From assembly GCF_000315625.1 (NCBI RefSeq), contig NW_005434601.1, positions 1-47,856 of the forward strand: 47,856 nucleotides of DNA, read 5' to 3'. Position 1 is the stretch's first letter; each line of letters starts with the position of its first letter. Both the position numbers and the translations under genes were made by a program. Source of the DNA: Guillardia theta CCMP2712. Its lineage: Eukaryota; Protista; Cryptophyta. Positions 20,287 through 33,725 of the stretch are shown piece after piece. The notes beneath the pieces were generated by a model. That model ran no database searches and was not told the DNA's origin. It worked only from the letters and a program-made list of their open reading frames with translations.

Positions 20287-20746
20287 TGATGTTGTACCCA
20301 TGACATCGTTGCACTTGTAACGATGCAACAGCATCATGCCGAAATAGCAAAAACTATAAGGGCAATATGAAGTTTTATGTGGAATACCTCAGGTACCGTG
20401 TCGGGTACATTTTGGTACTTCATCAGGCAAATACCGACTGTTATGTGTACCATGCCCAACGTGGCAGGGCGCATCTTGTACGGTGGACCTGGCGGCTAGT
20501 CGTAAACTCAGTACATACGACAGGTAGAGTACTATGAGGATGAGACTTGACCGTACCATAGCAAGATCATTTACGACACTATTTAAGCTCAGAGAGGAGC
20601 GGACACCTTCGCTGCTCGTTTCCTCGCCACTCTTACACATCAGTCCCTCATACGTTATCTTGCTCTGCTGATACATAAACAAATCTAGCTTCATTCTTCA
20701 TTCTCCCAAGCACACCTTGCTACGTTGTGGAACAAGTCTCACATCA
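20287..20746 (+). repeat. 5' LTR (460 bp)
   Basis: Begins TGATG and ends CATCA (5-bp inverted termini), followed by a GGTT-type primer binding site and then the gag ATG. Confidence 0.75.
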
Positions 20747-20768
20747 GGTTAGAGCCTCGCGTTGAAGA

Positions 20769-23114
20769 ATGACGACAGCTTACCAACTAAACTGGCCTCC
20801 ATCAAATGGCAACTCGATCCTTACAAGAGTTACACCAGAGAATGCAAGAACTGCCGCTCCAGCAATCGAAGAATTTATTCAAAGAGAGCTAAGCGGGAGA
20901 TTCTTTGCATATCTCAACTCAGAAGGGAAAGAAGAGAAAATGCAAGCTTTCTTCGAGCACAACATTCCAATCTCAGAAGGATTATCAGTTGCAGAAAAAG
21001 AAGCCATTATCGTCAAGCGGAGAGAATTCGTGCAAATAGCAGACCAAGCACTCATTCAAATTCTGTTTGCAATCTACGAAAATTGCAGCAGCAGAAAGAA
21101 AACCATAACGCGATATATGAAAGAGCAGCACAGCGATTCCAACGCAGGGAAGTTTCACTTCGCCGCGATACGAGCGTGGAATGAATTTAAACAATTGGAC
21201 CAACCGACTGAGTTGTCAAGCACGAAACAAACAACTCAAAGCTTGAAAGAACTCAACCAAGCACTGAAGTATGGAGGAGACTATACTACTTACGTCACCG
21301 ATATTATTCGGATTCTTGAGAGATTCATGGAAAAAGGACAGGACTGTGAACTCATTCTAGCCACCACCTGGGACCAGATCCAACATGAATTGAAAAGTAT
21401 CGATCGACACGGAGAACAAGGACAAATCGCAAAATGGATTACCAACCAAATCCAACGAGCGTCAACCGAACCAACGTTCTACTACAACGAGAAACCCACC
21501 ATTGAAAGCCTTCAACGATTTCACGAAGAACTCCTTCATTTCACCAAACAAGGATCTACGAAAGACGGTAACGCAGTCCCAATCGTGCGCACTACCTACA
21601 GCCACCCTGGCTTCCCAAACAAACGGAAGGCGCCACAAGACGTAGATGGCACAAACCACAAGAAGAACAAGGTTTACCATACTACGGATCAAGGCGGTAC
21701 CCAAGGGCAAGAATGTGCGATTTGCATTGAGTGCAATTACCCCGCAAAGATCTACAAGAGTCACGGTACATCACAGCACGACAAGACTAAGATCGGCAAG
21801 AAATGGAAAAGAATTACCGGAGACCCAGTCAACGGATTCCAGACTAAAGCCTGGAAAAAAAGAGAACAGCAAGCTACTCGAGCAGCCGCACAGCAAGTTG
21901 GGAACCAACTGCCGAACAAGGGCTCCGCGTACAACAAGCCCAAGTTTCAGGGGAAACCCAACGCAAAAAACTTTCGTCAGAAAAACCCCAACTGTTCCAA
22001 TGAGAACAGCGGGAACTACCCAAAGTCAAAGTTCAAAAAGAACATGACGACTACGGGAGGCAATGATTTCATTGTGAACCTTGCTGAAGCGTTACAGCAG
22101 GTCGCAAAACGCGGCCATCATCTCGCTGAATCTAACGATTACAGCACAGATGAGGAAAATGAAGAAGAACAAATTTCGGAAGGCGATGAAGAGGCTCCAA
22201 CGCCTCCAAGACGCCTGAAAGAAACTGTCCGCAAGGCTGCCGCAAAAGGCAACAACGCTGCATCTTCATTCACTCAGGGTGCTAAAAACAACAGACATAA
22301 GAATAAATCTGAAAAAGATTACTCGAAATGTCTCGCTGCCCCACAACTACACAAGCGCAAAGAGATACCTCTTCAAACAGAGCAATTGGATGCGACTCTG
22401 TTTTCGAAAGTATCCACTCCATGGTTCCTAAAAGACATGTTCGAGGTACCTAGACTCCTCATTAGGAATCTGGACCGACATAAAGTCTTCATGACCTGTA
22501 GATCAACACAGAACAAGCATTCGCTGTTCGCTATCGTTGACTCAGGAGCCACCATCAGCGTCCTCTGCGACGCTAAGTGGATCCGAAAAAGATTTGCATA
22601 CGAGAGCGAAATCACCGGAGTCGGTGGCCAGAAAGTCAACACATCCATGGGAGGCCTACTCGTAGGCAAGATGGAATCTGTCACCAACAAATCATATGCT
22701 TTCGCGACCCTTGCAACAATCATCCAAGACAAGAACGCTGCTGCAAATCTACTATCAATATGGAGAATTACGAACTCCAACAACACTGTTATTCATCATG
22801 GGAGCGTAACAAAAGGAACTCACGGTATCATCACTGCAAACAAGGATTTCATACCATTCTATTTTTGCCCTAAGACATATCTATGGTATGTCGAAATCAA
22901 ACCGTCAGATGAACAAACTAATCGACTCTTCTCGTCAACAAACTCAATACAATGGGACAAGAAATCCTTGCTACGAGAAATACAACAAGGAGAATTTCCT
23001 CTCAACTCTAAACCGCGATCAACAAACAAAACACAGAAACTAAAACAGAACGCAAGTACCTATTACACCAAGGTATCGAACTTGAAAACTCTCGCAGATG
23101 GGGAGGGAACATAG
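20769..23114 (+). CDS. gag: Copia gag-protease polyprotein
   Basis: 781 aa; atypical Zn knuckle CAICIECNY...HGTSQH; aspartic protease motif AIVDSGAT. Confidence 0.88.
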   Translation: MTTAYQLNWPPSNGNSILTRVTPENARTAAPAIEEFIQRELSGRFFAYLNSEGKEEKMQAFFEHNIPISEGLSVAEKEAIIVKRREFVQIADQALIQILFAIYENCSSRKKTITRYMKEQHSDSNAGKFHFAAIRAWNEFKQLDQPTELSSTKQTTQSLKELNQALKYGGDYTTYVTDIIRILERFMEKGQDCELILATTWDQIQHELKSIDRHGEQGQIAKWITNQIQRASTEPTFYYNEKPTIESLQRFHEELLHFTKQGSTKDGNAVPIVRTTYSHPGFPNKRKAPQDVDGTNHKKNKVYHTTDQGGTQGQECAICIECNYPAKIYKSHGTSQHDKTKIGKKWKRITGDPVNGFQTKAWKKREQQATRAAAQQVGNQLPNKGSAYNKPKFQGKPNAKNFRQKNPNCSNENSGNYPKSKFKKNMTTTGGNDFIVNLAEALQQVAKRGHHLAESNDYSTDEENEEEQISEGDEEAPTPPRRLKETVRKAAAKGNNAASSFTQGAKNNRHKNKSEKDYSKCLAAPQLHKRKEIPLQTEQLDATLFSKVSTPWFLKDMFEVPRLLIRNLDRHKVFMTCRSTQNKHSLFAIVDSGATISVLCDAKWIRKRFAYESEITGVGGQKVNTSMGGLLVGKMESVTNKSYAFATLATIIQDKNAAANLLSIWRITNSNNTVIHHGSVTKGTHGIITANKDFIPFYFCPKTYLWYVEIKPSDEQTNRLFSSTNSIQWDKKSLLREIQQGEFPLNSKPRSTNKTQKLKQNASTYYTKVSNLKTLADGEGT

Positions 23115-24539
23115 TGTACTACGAAGCTGCGAAAGCTTTCCAACCGACACCTATGAAATCCATACCCATAAGCATGCGGGACGTTCGTCAAGAATTAGAA
23201 GACATTACCTCGGAAGAATCTGTCGACAGCGAAACCGAAAGTGATCACTCCAGCTCAGAAGAAGAAAACCTTACTGAAGAGTCAAGGATAAGTGTAACAC
23301 AAGATGCTATCGACAAACAGACCAAGGACTACTTCACAGATCCAAAATCGTTCGCAGATATAGACGACTTCACGAATACAACGATGGAAGAATTGGATGA
23401 AAATGACAAAGAATACGAGGAGCAACTAAAACACGACAAGTCCGACCTCAAGGATATCTACCTCTATTCAACAGGAGAAAGAATACGAGGAACTAAAGCC
23501 TCAGCTATCCTCCTGAAATGGCATATCAAGACAAATCATATCAACAAAAAATACCTATTCCAACTTGCAGACAGAATTGACGGGATGGAGGAACTGAGGA
23601 GACTCAGCAAAAAGACCCCACTACCAACTTGTCATACTTGTCGCAGAGCAAAAAGCAAAGCGGCTGCATTACCGAAATTCAAAGAAAAGAGATCTGACAG
23701 CCGGTTCCATCGACTTCATGGAGATATGAGCACATACCGACTAAGGTCCATCGAAGGAGCAAAATACCTGATGCTATGGAAAGACAGTTATAGCTCATTC
23801 AAAATGCCAGTCGGAATGTACAGCAAAAAAGGTTACAGAAAATCTCTACGCCTAGTCACACGCAGATACAACAACGGGGTCTTCCCCAAAGTTGTACGCG
23901 TAGACAACGGCGGTGAGATGACGTCGAAAAAATCTCTGAGAATGTACGAAAAGAACAACATCTACCTGGAACGGGCTGCACCCTATGAGCACTGGCAGAA
24001 TGGCAGAGCAGAATCTGGGATCTATTCATTAGACACCAGAACTCGACTCGCCATAATCCATTCCAACGTGCCGAAGAACCTGTGGCTCAACGCAATCTAT
24101 TACAACGCTGAAATCGAAAATGCATTCTTACCTATGAGCAGAGGATCAGACATGAGCTGCTACGAAGCGTTCACAGGGAAAAGACCAAACGCGGAGAAAT
24201 TTCACCCATTTGGATGCCTGTGCTATGTCCATGTGTTAAAAGACAGGAGATTAGCACAAGGAAGAGACAAAAAGCTAGGACCTACGGCAGAAGTCTGTGT
24301 ATTCCTTGGATTCGCCCACCATCTAGGAATGAAAGGATTCCTCGCAGCGTCTCTAAATGGCAAACAACTCTACGTCACAGAAAACAACATAAGCTTCAAT
24401 GAAGAAGTGTTTCCTTATCGATTCTCACACCCTGAAGATAAGACATGGAAAATACCATTCGGAGCTTGTAACGATTTCGGAGACGACAATGTCACCATAC
24501 TCAATCGAGCAGGTGAACGGTTAACAGAGATGTCAGGAT
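23114..24539 (+). CDS. pol: Copia integrase (truncated pol); the ORF runs on into the flank to 24637
   Basis: HHCC (WHIKTNH...CHTC), DDE (LHGD, RVDNGGE, QNGRAE), FGCLCY and GMKGF (GKGY-like) motifs. Confidence 0.92.
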
Positions 24540-24544
24540 CAAGG

Positions 24545-27500
24545 AACCACATCAGGATTTGCCTTTGCCTTTGCCTTTGCCTTTGTTGGTTTTACATCCT
24601 GGTTCTACATGTTAACATGGAGCTGAACTTTCATTGAAGACAGAGTTTGTTGTATAAACAACCTTTCGCACACTATCACCGAGCACAGATGAACTTCGGG
24701 TCGCTCTTTCTCAAGCACAGATGATCTCAGGATTTCTCTTTGTCAAGCGCGCGCACATCACATCAGCCTCTATGCTGTCTGTGTGGTATTGTCCTCGTAC
24801 TGATCTTTGACATTAACTTTTCCCACGCTGCAGTGGCATGTGCGTGCCTGGAATGAGCCAAAGACTGCAATAGACAGTGTCTGCACTCACATCAATGCGA
24901 GCTCAGCGCAAGCTGTTCTTTTACGCCTCGAAGGCAGCGCAGATGTTGATGAAAACGATAACGAGTATAGATTTCATGTTAGCAAATATTTGCGTGTTTT
25001 AGTGCATGTTCGTCTTGCTTTCTTTCTATTGTGTATACAAACAGAAGCAAGGCATATAGATAATGTAAGGAAACAACGCGTCGTTGATCATGTACGTTGC
25101 GAGGGTATGTTGAAATGTTCTAATCCTAATCATTGCATTTTACTTGCTTTGAGTTGGTGTCTTGGAGTGAGCTCCATGCGATATCAGGCTCTTGAAAAAG
25201 TTCGGGGCGTCCGAAGGAAGATAAGTGAAGCCCTGCGAAAGAACGAGAGGAGAGGATCAGTTATGATAGTTGGTAAAGGATATCAGGACAAACCTCATTC
25301 TCCTTGAAGCCTTCTGTGAGACTCTTGTAGAACTTAGGGTAGTGCAGCTTGCAAGTGGGCTCATACCCTTCAAATGGTCGAAACGCGGGTTTTGACTTCG
25401 GAGTTGTCTCTTCCACGTAGTCTCGAAGCTTTCCTATTGTGTCTTGCATGGTCGGTGGCAGGTCGGCAAACATTATCCCCCACTGATTCAGGTTACATCA
25501 TATCCTTTCAGATCTTTCATACTTCCTTTCTTCCTCCTCTCTAGACTGTTCCTGTGGATGATGGGAAAGATTATTCTTTTTAATTTAGATCAACCACAGC
25601 AGTCCTCGTGATGGCTGACAGTCTGGCTGACAAACTTGAAAAAGTCGTTATGGCTGACAGTCTGGCTGACAGTCTGGCTGTATAAAAAGTTTGTTTTTGT
25701 GATGGCTTTACAACCCCACCCTTCTGTCAGCATGAAGGGTACTTGCGCAAACATGACGCAGGCGCGGAGCTGCGACAGCAACAATGCGTGCAAGACGTTC
25801 GTGCGCGCTTCTCTCGCAGTCAACATTGTTGTCCTCATTGCTGTCTGCACTGTTGTTATAGCTCCGGTTCGCCCAGAGGCCGTGACTTTGGCTTTGGGCC
25901 CTCCCACGCCGGGTCGCGGAATTCTACTGTCAGTATATTTTGCCATCCTCATTGACTCGGTTATTCTATTGGGGCTGCACTTGTACTGTTCGGATACTGC
26001 ACCAGTTGAATACATGATAGCTGCACTTCTTGCAACGCAAGTCCTGTACAAGATTTCAACTCCTGCTACTGCAGGCGTTGGCAATCCTGTGGCGATCAGC
26101 AACCTCTGTATCAGTGTTCTGCATACTTCCACGCTGTATCTGCTGTGGCGAGGGCATACAAGAAGAGTCTCCGCTGCTCCCGCATCTCTTGCAATGCATG
26201 CCAATTGAATCAGTATGAGCACGAGGTGCATTCGTGAACTACTAGTGCACCCACACAACGATCAAACCTTGCAGGCAAGGAACCACATCAGGATTTGCCT
26301 TTGCCTTTGCCTTTGTTGGTTTTACATCCTGGCTCTACATGTTAACATGGAGCTGAACTTTCATTGAAGACAGAGTTTGTTGTATAAACAACCTTTCGCA
26401 CACTATCACCGAGCACAGATGAACTTCGGGTCGCTCTTTCTCAAGCACAGATGATCTCAGGATTTCTCTTTGTCAAGCGCGCGCACATCACATCAGCCTC
26501 TATGCTGTCTGTGTGGTATTGTCCTCGTACTGATCTTTGACATTAACTTTTCCCACGCTGCAGTGGCATGTGCGTGCCTGGAATGAGCCAAAGACTGCAA
26601 TAGACAGTGTCTGCACTCACATCAATGCGAGCTCAGCGCAAGCTGTTCTTTTACGCCTCGAAGGCAGCGCAGATGTTGATGAAAACGATAACGAGTATAG
26701 ATTTCATGTTAGCAAATATTTGCGTGTTTTAGTGCATGTTCGTCTTGCTTTCTTTCTATTGTGTATACAAACAGAAGCAAGGCATATAGATAATGTAAGG
26801 AAACAACGCGTCGTTGATCATGTACGTTGCGAGGGTATGTTGAAATGTTCTAATCCTAATCATTGCATTTTACTTGCTTTGAGTTGGTGTCTTGGAGTGA
26901 GCTCCATGCGATATCAGGCTCTTGAAAAAGTTCGGGGCGTCCGAAGGAAGATAAGTGAAGCCCTGCGAAAGAACGAGAGGAGAGGATCAGTTATGATAGT
27001 TGGTAAAGGATATCAGGACAAACCTCATTCTCCTTGAAGCCTTCTGTGAGACTCTTGTAGAACTTAGGGTAGTGCAGCTTGCAAGTGGGCTCATACCCTT
27101 CAAATGGTCGAAACGCGGGTTTTGACTTCGGAGTTGTCTCTTCCACGTAGTCTCGAAGCTTTCCTATTGTGTCTTGCATGGTCGGTGGCAGGTCGGCAAA
27201 CATTATCCCCCACTGATTCAGGTTACATCATATCCTTTCAGATCTTTCATACTTCCTTTCTTCCTCCTCTCTAGACTGTTCCTGTGGATGATGGGAAAGA
27301 TTATTCTTTTTAATTTAGATCAACCACAGCAGTCCTCGTGATGGCTGACAGTCTGGCTGACAAACTTGAAAAAGTCGTTATGGCTGACAGTCTGGCTGAC
27401 AGTCTGGCTGTATAAAAAGTTTGTTTTTGTGATGGCTTTACAACCCCACCCTTCTGTCAGCATGAAGGGTACTTGCGCAAACATGACGCAGGCGCGGAGC

Positions 27501-30500
27501 TGCGACAGCAACAATGCGTGCAAGACGTTCGTGCGCGCTTCTCTCGCAGTCAACATTGTTGTCCTCATTGCTGTCTGCACTGTTGTTATAGCTCCGGTTC
27601 GCCCAGAGGCCGTGACTTTGGCTTTGGGCCCTCCCACGCCGGGTCGCGGAATTCTACTGTCAGTATATTTTGCCATCCTCATTGACTCGGTTATTCTATT
27701 GGGGCTGCACTTGTACTGTTCGGATACTGCACCAGTTGAATACATGATAGCTGCACTTCTTGCAACGCAAGTCCTGTACAAGATTTCAACTCCTGCTACT
27801 GCAGGCGTTGGCAATCCTGTGGCGATCAGCAACCTCTGTATCAGTGTTCTGCATACTTCCACGCTGTATCTGCTGTGGCGAGGGCATACAAGAAGAGTCT
27901 CCGCTGCTCCCGCATCTCTTGCAATGCATGCCAATTGAATCAGTATGAGCACGAGGTGCATTCGTGAACTACTAGTGCACCCACACAACGATCAAACCTT
28001 GCAGGCAAGGAACCACATCAGGATTTGCCTTTGCCTTTGCCTTTGTTGGTTTTACATCCTGGCTCTACATGTTAACATGGAGCTGAACTTTCATTGAAGA
28101 CAGAGTTTGTTGTATAAACAACCTTTCGCACACTATCACCGAGCACAGATGAACTTCGGGTCGCTCTTTCTCAAGCACAGATGATCTCAGGATTTCTCTT
28201 TGTCAAGCGCGCGCACATCACATCAGCCTCTATGCTGTCTGTGTGGTATTGTCCTCGTACTGATCTTTGACATTAACTTTTCCCACGCTGCAGTGGCATG
28301 TGCGTGCCTGGAATGAGCCAAAGACTGCAATAGACAGTGTCTGCACTCACATCAATGCGAGCTCAGCGCAAGCTGTTCTTTTACGCCTCGAAGGCAGCGC
28401 AGATGTTGATGAAAACGATAACGAGTATAGATTTCATGTTAGCAAATATTTGCGTGTTTTAGTGCATGTTCGTCTTGCTTTCTTTCTATTGAGTATACAA
28501 ACAGAAGCAAGGCATATAGATAATGTAAGGAAACAACGCGTCGTTGATCATGTACGTTGCGAGGGTATGTTGAAATGTTCTAATCCTAATCATTGCATTT
28601 TACTTGCTTTGAGTTGGTGTCTTGGAGTGAGCTCCATGCGATATCAGGCTCTTGAAAAAGTTCGGGGCGTCCGAAGGAAGATAAGTGAAGCCCTGCGAAA
28701 GAACGAGAGGAGAGGATCAGTTATGATAGTTGGTAAAGGATATCAGGACAAACCTCATTCTCCTTGAAGCCTTCTGTGAGACTCTTGTAGAACTTAGGGT
28801 AGTGCAGCTTGCAAGTGGGCTCATACCCTTCAAATGGTCGAAACGCGGGTTTTGACTTCGGAGTTGTCTCTTCCACGTAGTCTCGAAGCTTTCCTATTGT
28901 GTCTTGCATGGTCGGTGGCAGGTCGGCAAACATTATCCCCCACTGATTCAGGTTACATCATATCCTTTCAGATCTTTCATACTTCCTTTCTTCCTCCTCT
29001 CTAGACTGTTCCTGTTGACTCAAGTGGATGATGGGAAAGATTATTCTTTTTAATTTAGATCAACCACAGCAGTCCTCGTGATGGCTGACAGTCTGGCTGA
29101 CAAACTTGAAAAAGTCGTTATGGCTGACAGTCTGGCTGACAGTCTGGCTGTATAAAAAGTTTGTTTTTGTGATGGCTTTACAACCCCACCCTTCTGTCAG
29201 CATGAAGGGTACTTGCGCAAACATGACGCAGGCGCGGAGCTGCGACAGCAACAATGCGTGCAAGACGTTCGTGCGCGCTTCTCTCGCAGTCAACATTGTT
29301 GTCCTCATTGCTGTCTGCACTGTTGTTATAGCTCCGGTTCGCCCAGAGGCCGTGACTTTGGCTTTGGGCCCTCCCACGCCGGGTCGCGGAATTCTACTGT
29401 CAGTATATTTTGCCATCCTCATTGACTCGGTTATTCTATTGGGGCTGCACTTGTACTGTTCGGATACTGCACCAGTTGAATACATGATAGCTGCACTTCT
29501 TGCAACGCAAGTCCTGTACAAGATTTCAACTCCTGCTACTGCAGGCGTTGGCAATCCTGTGGCGATCAGCAACCTCTGTATCAGTGTTCTGCATACTTCC
29601 ACGCTGTATCTGCTGTGGCGAGGGCATACAAGAAGAGTCTCCGCTGCTCCCGCATCTCTTGCAATGCATGCCAATTGAATCAGTATGAGCACGAGGTGCA
29701 TTCGTGAACTACTAGTGCACCCACACAACGATCAAACCTTGCAGGCAAGGAACCACATCAGGATTTGCCTTTGCCTTTGCCTTTGTTGGTTTTACATCCT
29801 GGCTCTACATGTTAACATGGAGCTGAACTTTCATTGAAGACAGAGTTTGTTGTATAAACAACCTTTCGCACACTATCACCGAGCACAGATGAACTTCGGG
29901 TCGCTCTTTCTCAAGCACAGATGATCTCAGGATTTCTCTTTGTCAAGCGCGCGCACATCACATCAGCCTCTATGCTGTCTGTGTGGAATTGTCCTCGTAC
30001 TGATCTTTGACATTAACTTTTCCCACGCTGCAGTGGCATGTGCGTGCCTGGAATGAGCCAAAGACTGCAATAGACAGTGTCTGCACTCACATCAATGCGA
30101 GCTCAGCGCAAGCTGTTCTTTTACGCCTCGAAGGCAGCGCAGATGTTGATGAAAACGATAACGAGTATAGATTTCATGTTAGCAAATATTTGCGTGTTTT
30201 AGTGCATGTTCGTCTTGCTTTCTTTCTATTGTGTATACAAACAGAAGCAAGGCATATAGATAATGTAAGGAAACAACGCGTCGTTGATCATGTACGTTGC
30301 GAGGGTATGTTGAAATGTTCTAATCCTAATCATTGCATTTTACTTGCTTTGAGTTGGTGTCTTGGAGTGAGCTCCATGCGATATCAGGCTCTTGAAAAAG
30401 TTCGGGGCGTCCGAAGGAAGATAAGTGAAGCCCTGCGAAAGAACGAGAGGAGAGAATCAGTTATGATAGTTGGTAAAGGATATCAGGACAAACCTCATTC

Positions 30501-31026
30501 TCCTTGAAGCCTTCTGTGAGACTCTTGTAGAACTTAGGGTAGTGCAGCTTGCAAGTGGGCTCATACCCTTCAAATGGTCGAAACGCGGGTTTTGACTTCG
30601 GAGTTGTCTCTTCCACGTAGTCTCGAAGCTTTCCTATTGTGTCTTGCATGGTCGGTGGCAGGTCGGCAAACATTATCCCCCACTGATTCAGGTTACATCA
30701 TATCCTTTCAGATCTTTCATACTTCCTTTCTTCCTCCTCTCTAGACTGTTCCTGTTGTATAAAAAGTTTGTTTTTGTGATGGCTTGACTATTGGCAGACA
30801 TGCCCCACCCTTCTGTCAGCATGAAGGGTACTTGCGCAAACATGACGCAGGCGCGGAGCTGCGACAGCAACAATGCGTGCAAGACGTTCGTGCGCGCTTC
30901 TCTCGCAGTCAACATTGTTGTCCTCATTGCTGTCTGCACTGTTGTTATAGCTCCGGTTCGCCCAGAGGCCGTGACTTTGGCTTTGGGCCCTCCCACGCCT
31001 GGTCGCAGAATTCTACTGTCAGTATA
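24545..31026. repeat. ~1.73-kb tandem repeat, 3 full units plus 1 partial (24545, 26281, 28011, 29751)
   Basis: Near-identical units; the same ORF set recurs at 1730/1740-bp spacing. Confidence 0.97.
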
Positions 31027-31055
31027 TGGTATCTTTTTCTTCATTACATAGATGA

Positions 31056-33440
31056 TCAACGATTCAAAAATGCATTGATGTCGCTTTTCTTCCAATTTCG
31101 CATTTTTCTAACATATGGATTCCATTTCAATTGTCCTTGTCTCCTGGTACGTGCCTTCGACTTAGAACTCACTAATTGGGAAAAGCCTTTGTTGTCATAT
31201 GTTTTGAACCAATGTTGAGCTTCAGCCAGTGTTTGTCTTTCTACAAAATTCCTCCACCGTTCAAGTTCTGCATCTCCGTTCTCTGATTCCCTCATTTCTT
31301 TGCTGATGAATCTTTCAAAAAGTTTCGACAAGAACGGGCAGGTATTCCTTCAAAGCAGGATGCTTCTTCACAGTGTTACCAAAATGCCATGCAATCCATG
31401 CGTTCTCCCATTGATGCTCAGGTGATCTGGGTAAATTATTTGGAGTGTACATCCTTTCACTCGTCTGACCCCGCATCATGTTGTCCATCTTGGTATCAAT
31501 CCTATCAACGGCCTTCATTATCTGGCGAACATCGTCCCGTGCTGCAGCTCGCTCACTGTCACTGCCACTTCCTTGCGACTCATTTTGACGAGTTTGACGG
31601 CGACGTTTGGGAGGACCAATATTTCCGTCAAGCTTCCTGAGGCGTTTTTTCATCTTGTTCATTTCCTCCTTGAGTCCTCTGACCTCCTGTGCAATCGTCT
31701 TGTAATGCAAGTTCTGCATGACATGAGGGGGCAACCAGTACTTCTCATCTCGATGCTCGCGTCACCAGGCAACCCACACTTGACTCGAAGCTTTAATTCA
31801 TCCAGCATCCCTTCTGTTCGAACCAATGCACAGCATCAGGTGATGCTCGTCTAATCGAGTCTTCCGTGGCAAATAGTCCCAATGATAAACCAAATTCGCT
31901 GGAGCATGTTCCGCTACACCTCGAAATTCCTGCCTGATGTGTGGGAAGCACACATAGCTGTCCTCCTAAGGACCAAAGTGGGGTGGAAGGTTAGCCCTGC
32001 AGCCTCGAACTTAAAATATCGATCATAAACCCCTCTATTTGCCCACCCAGCTCTTTCTGTAAGTGCCACGACAGGTGGGCATTGGGTACTTCCACTTGCA
32101 CCGAAGGTGGCAGCGCCCTATACCTGAAGTAAGCTCGAGTCAATGGTGCCACACTAGAAACTTGGCTGATCGCCATTGATCGTACCTTTCTTACAGAATG
32201 AGTTCCTATCTCATCAGCTTTGATCCCCAGCCTTTCCATTTCTATACACACTCTCCTCCAGCAACATAACAAATCTGTTGAGCTCCTGGATGTCTCTGAC
32301 TCTTCACCTTCGCCTTGTGCTGGTACCGACATAGTTCGGTGCAAAGACATTAGGAATCTATGATACTGATTCGTACCTGTGCATATGTCAGACTGATCCC
32401 CATTTGATAGAACCATTTCAAAATACCAGGAAATAGTTTGTTGTTATCACCAACCTGACAACAAGTACATCCCCACCGCAAGCATTGGACATATATCTGG
32501 AATTGTCGGATTCGCAAATACAGCTCGTGGGTCTCGTTTCTCTCCGCCTTGATCAGTCTTGGAGTAAAAATATCAGCCGCGATGATACTATCATTTCGCC
32601 AAGCCATGTGACGATACATAATTTCTGCGACATTAACAGAGCGACTCATGAGATTCCAAGACAGGATTAGAAAAAGCCTTGAAAACAAAATTTCCGGCTC
32701 TCTGCACACTATCCATGATGAACAAATCTATCGATACAGTTCAAACGGCAGAGCTTCTTTATCTTGCCCCTTGCTGTGCAATCCTGTCTGTAATGGTATT
32801 GTTCAACCCTTTGTACAAAATTCCAATGTCATTCTCCATTTTCTGATAGAGTTCACTGTGGCCGTATCTCCTGAACAAGAATCGAATCGCGGCGCGTAAC
32901 GAACAATACGAATTGAATCGCAACTCGCTTTGTGTGGTCATTACATACCCCACGTATTCTCCTAAATTTTCCACCTTGAAAACGTCGAAGCGAGTGGGTG
33001 GTATGGCTTCTGTCATCAACGTCATAAATCTCCTGTCGATTGCGATATTCTGATGCTGCACTGTCAGTTCCTTTTTGAAATCGTCACCTAGCAAAGAAGC
33101 TTTATGGTGATAAATCCATGGCACTGCCGCAAGGCTGCAGGCGGTGGCCCGCAGTGAGCGGCCCCCGTCAGCAGGCCTCACTGTCTTTCCCGCACTTGAC
33201 AGGTAAGTGGTCTTGGAACCTTGGGATAAAATCCTGTTCTTTACATCCGCTATCACCTTCCTCCAATCTGGACTACTTTCTGCGGCACTAGCAGAATCAG
33301 ATCTATCACTCCCAGCATCGGAAAGTGCTGGACTCTCTCCGATAGCAGCTGCTGGAACAGCACCAGCATCCGATGATCAGCCTTGTGTGGTTCTTCAAGC
33401 TCCTTCTCTCTTCCACTCTCAGACTCGAGTGGTTCGCATC
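31056..33440 (-). pseudogene. Crypton-type (CryptonS-like) tyrosine recombinase, spliced, with frameshifts and stops
   Basis: Motifs across frames: KEALPFELY, WNLMSRSVN (R), SKTDQGG (K), ANPTIPDICP, IGTHSVRK (HxxR), RAGW, DRYF (Y), WxxWHFG, RRQGQLKW; frameshift and stop near 32730-32760. Confidence 0.8.
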
Positions 33441-33725
33441 CACACCAACTTGCCTCCAATATTCGCAACCATTGATTTGGTTAGCGCAAAGGTGATGAAA
33501 GGCCCATATATTTCGAGCAAGCACTGGATGAGAGTACGGGATTGCGCCCGCGGCCGGTCACCTAGTTTAAAAGCCCTGAAGGAATTCGGAGTTTGACCCG
33601 GTTGCGTTCCGATCCACCTTCCGCGTGTGCTACTAGGAGGACCTACCCTACCGATACTCACTGGATTGATATCAAAAACACCCCTACTTCCAGTGCTTGT
33701 TTTTGACCAGTTGGCCGCCCCCGTC

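Larger units (their letters stand above)
20287..24539 (+). mobile_element. Ty1/copia LTR retrotransposon, 3'-truncated (no RT/RNase H, no 3' LTR)
   Basis: 5' LTR TGATG...CATCA, PBS-like GGTTAGAGCC, gag-PR-INT order; flanked by CAAGG, which occurs once at the empty sites in the other repeat units. Confidence 0.92.
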
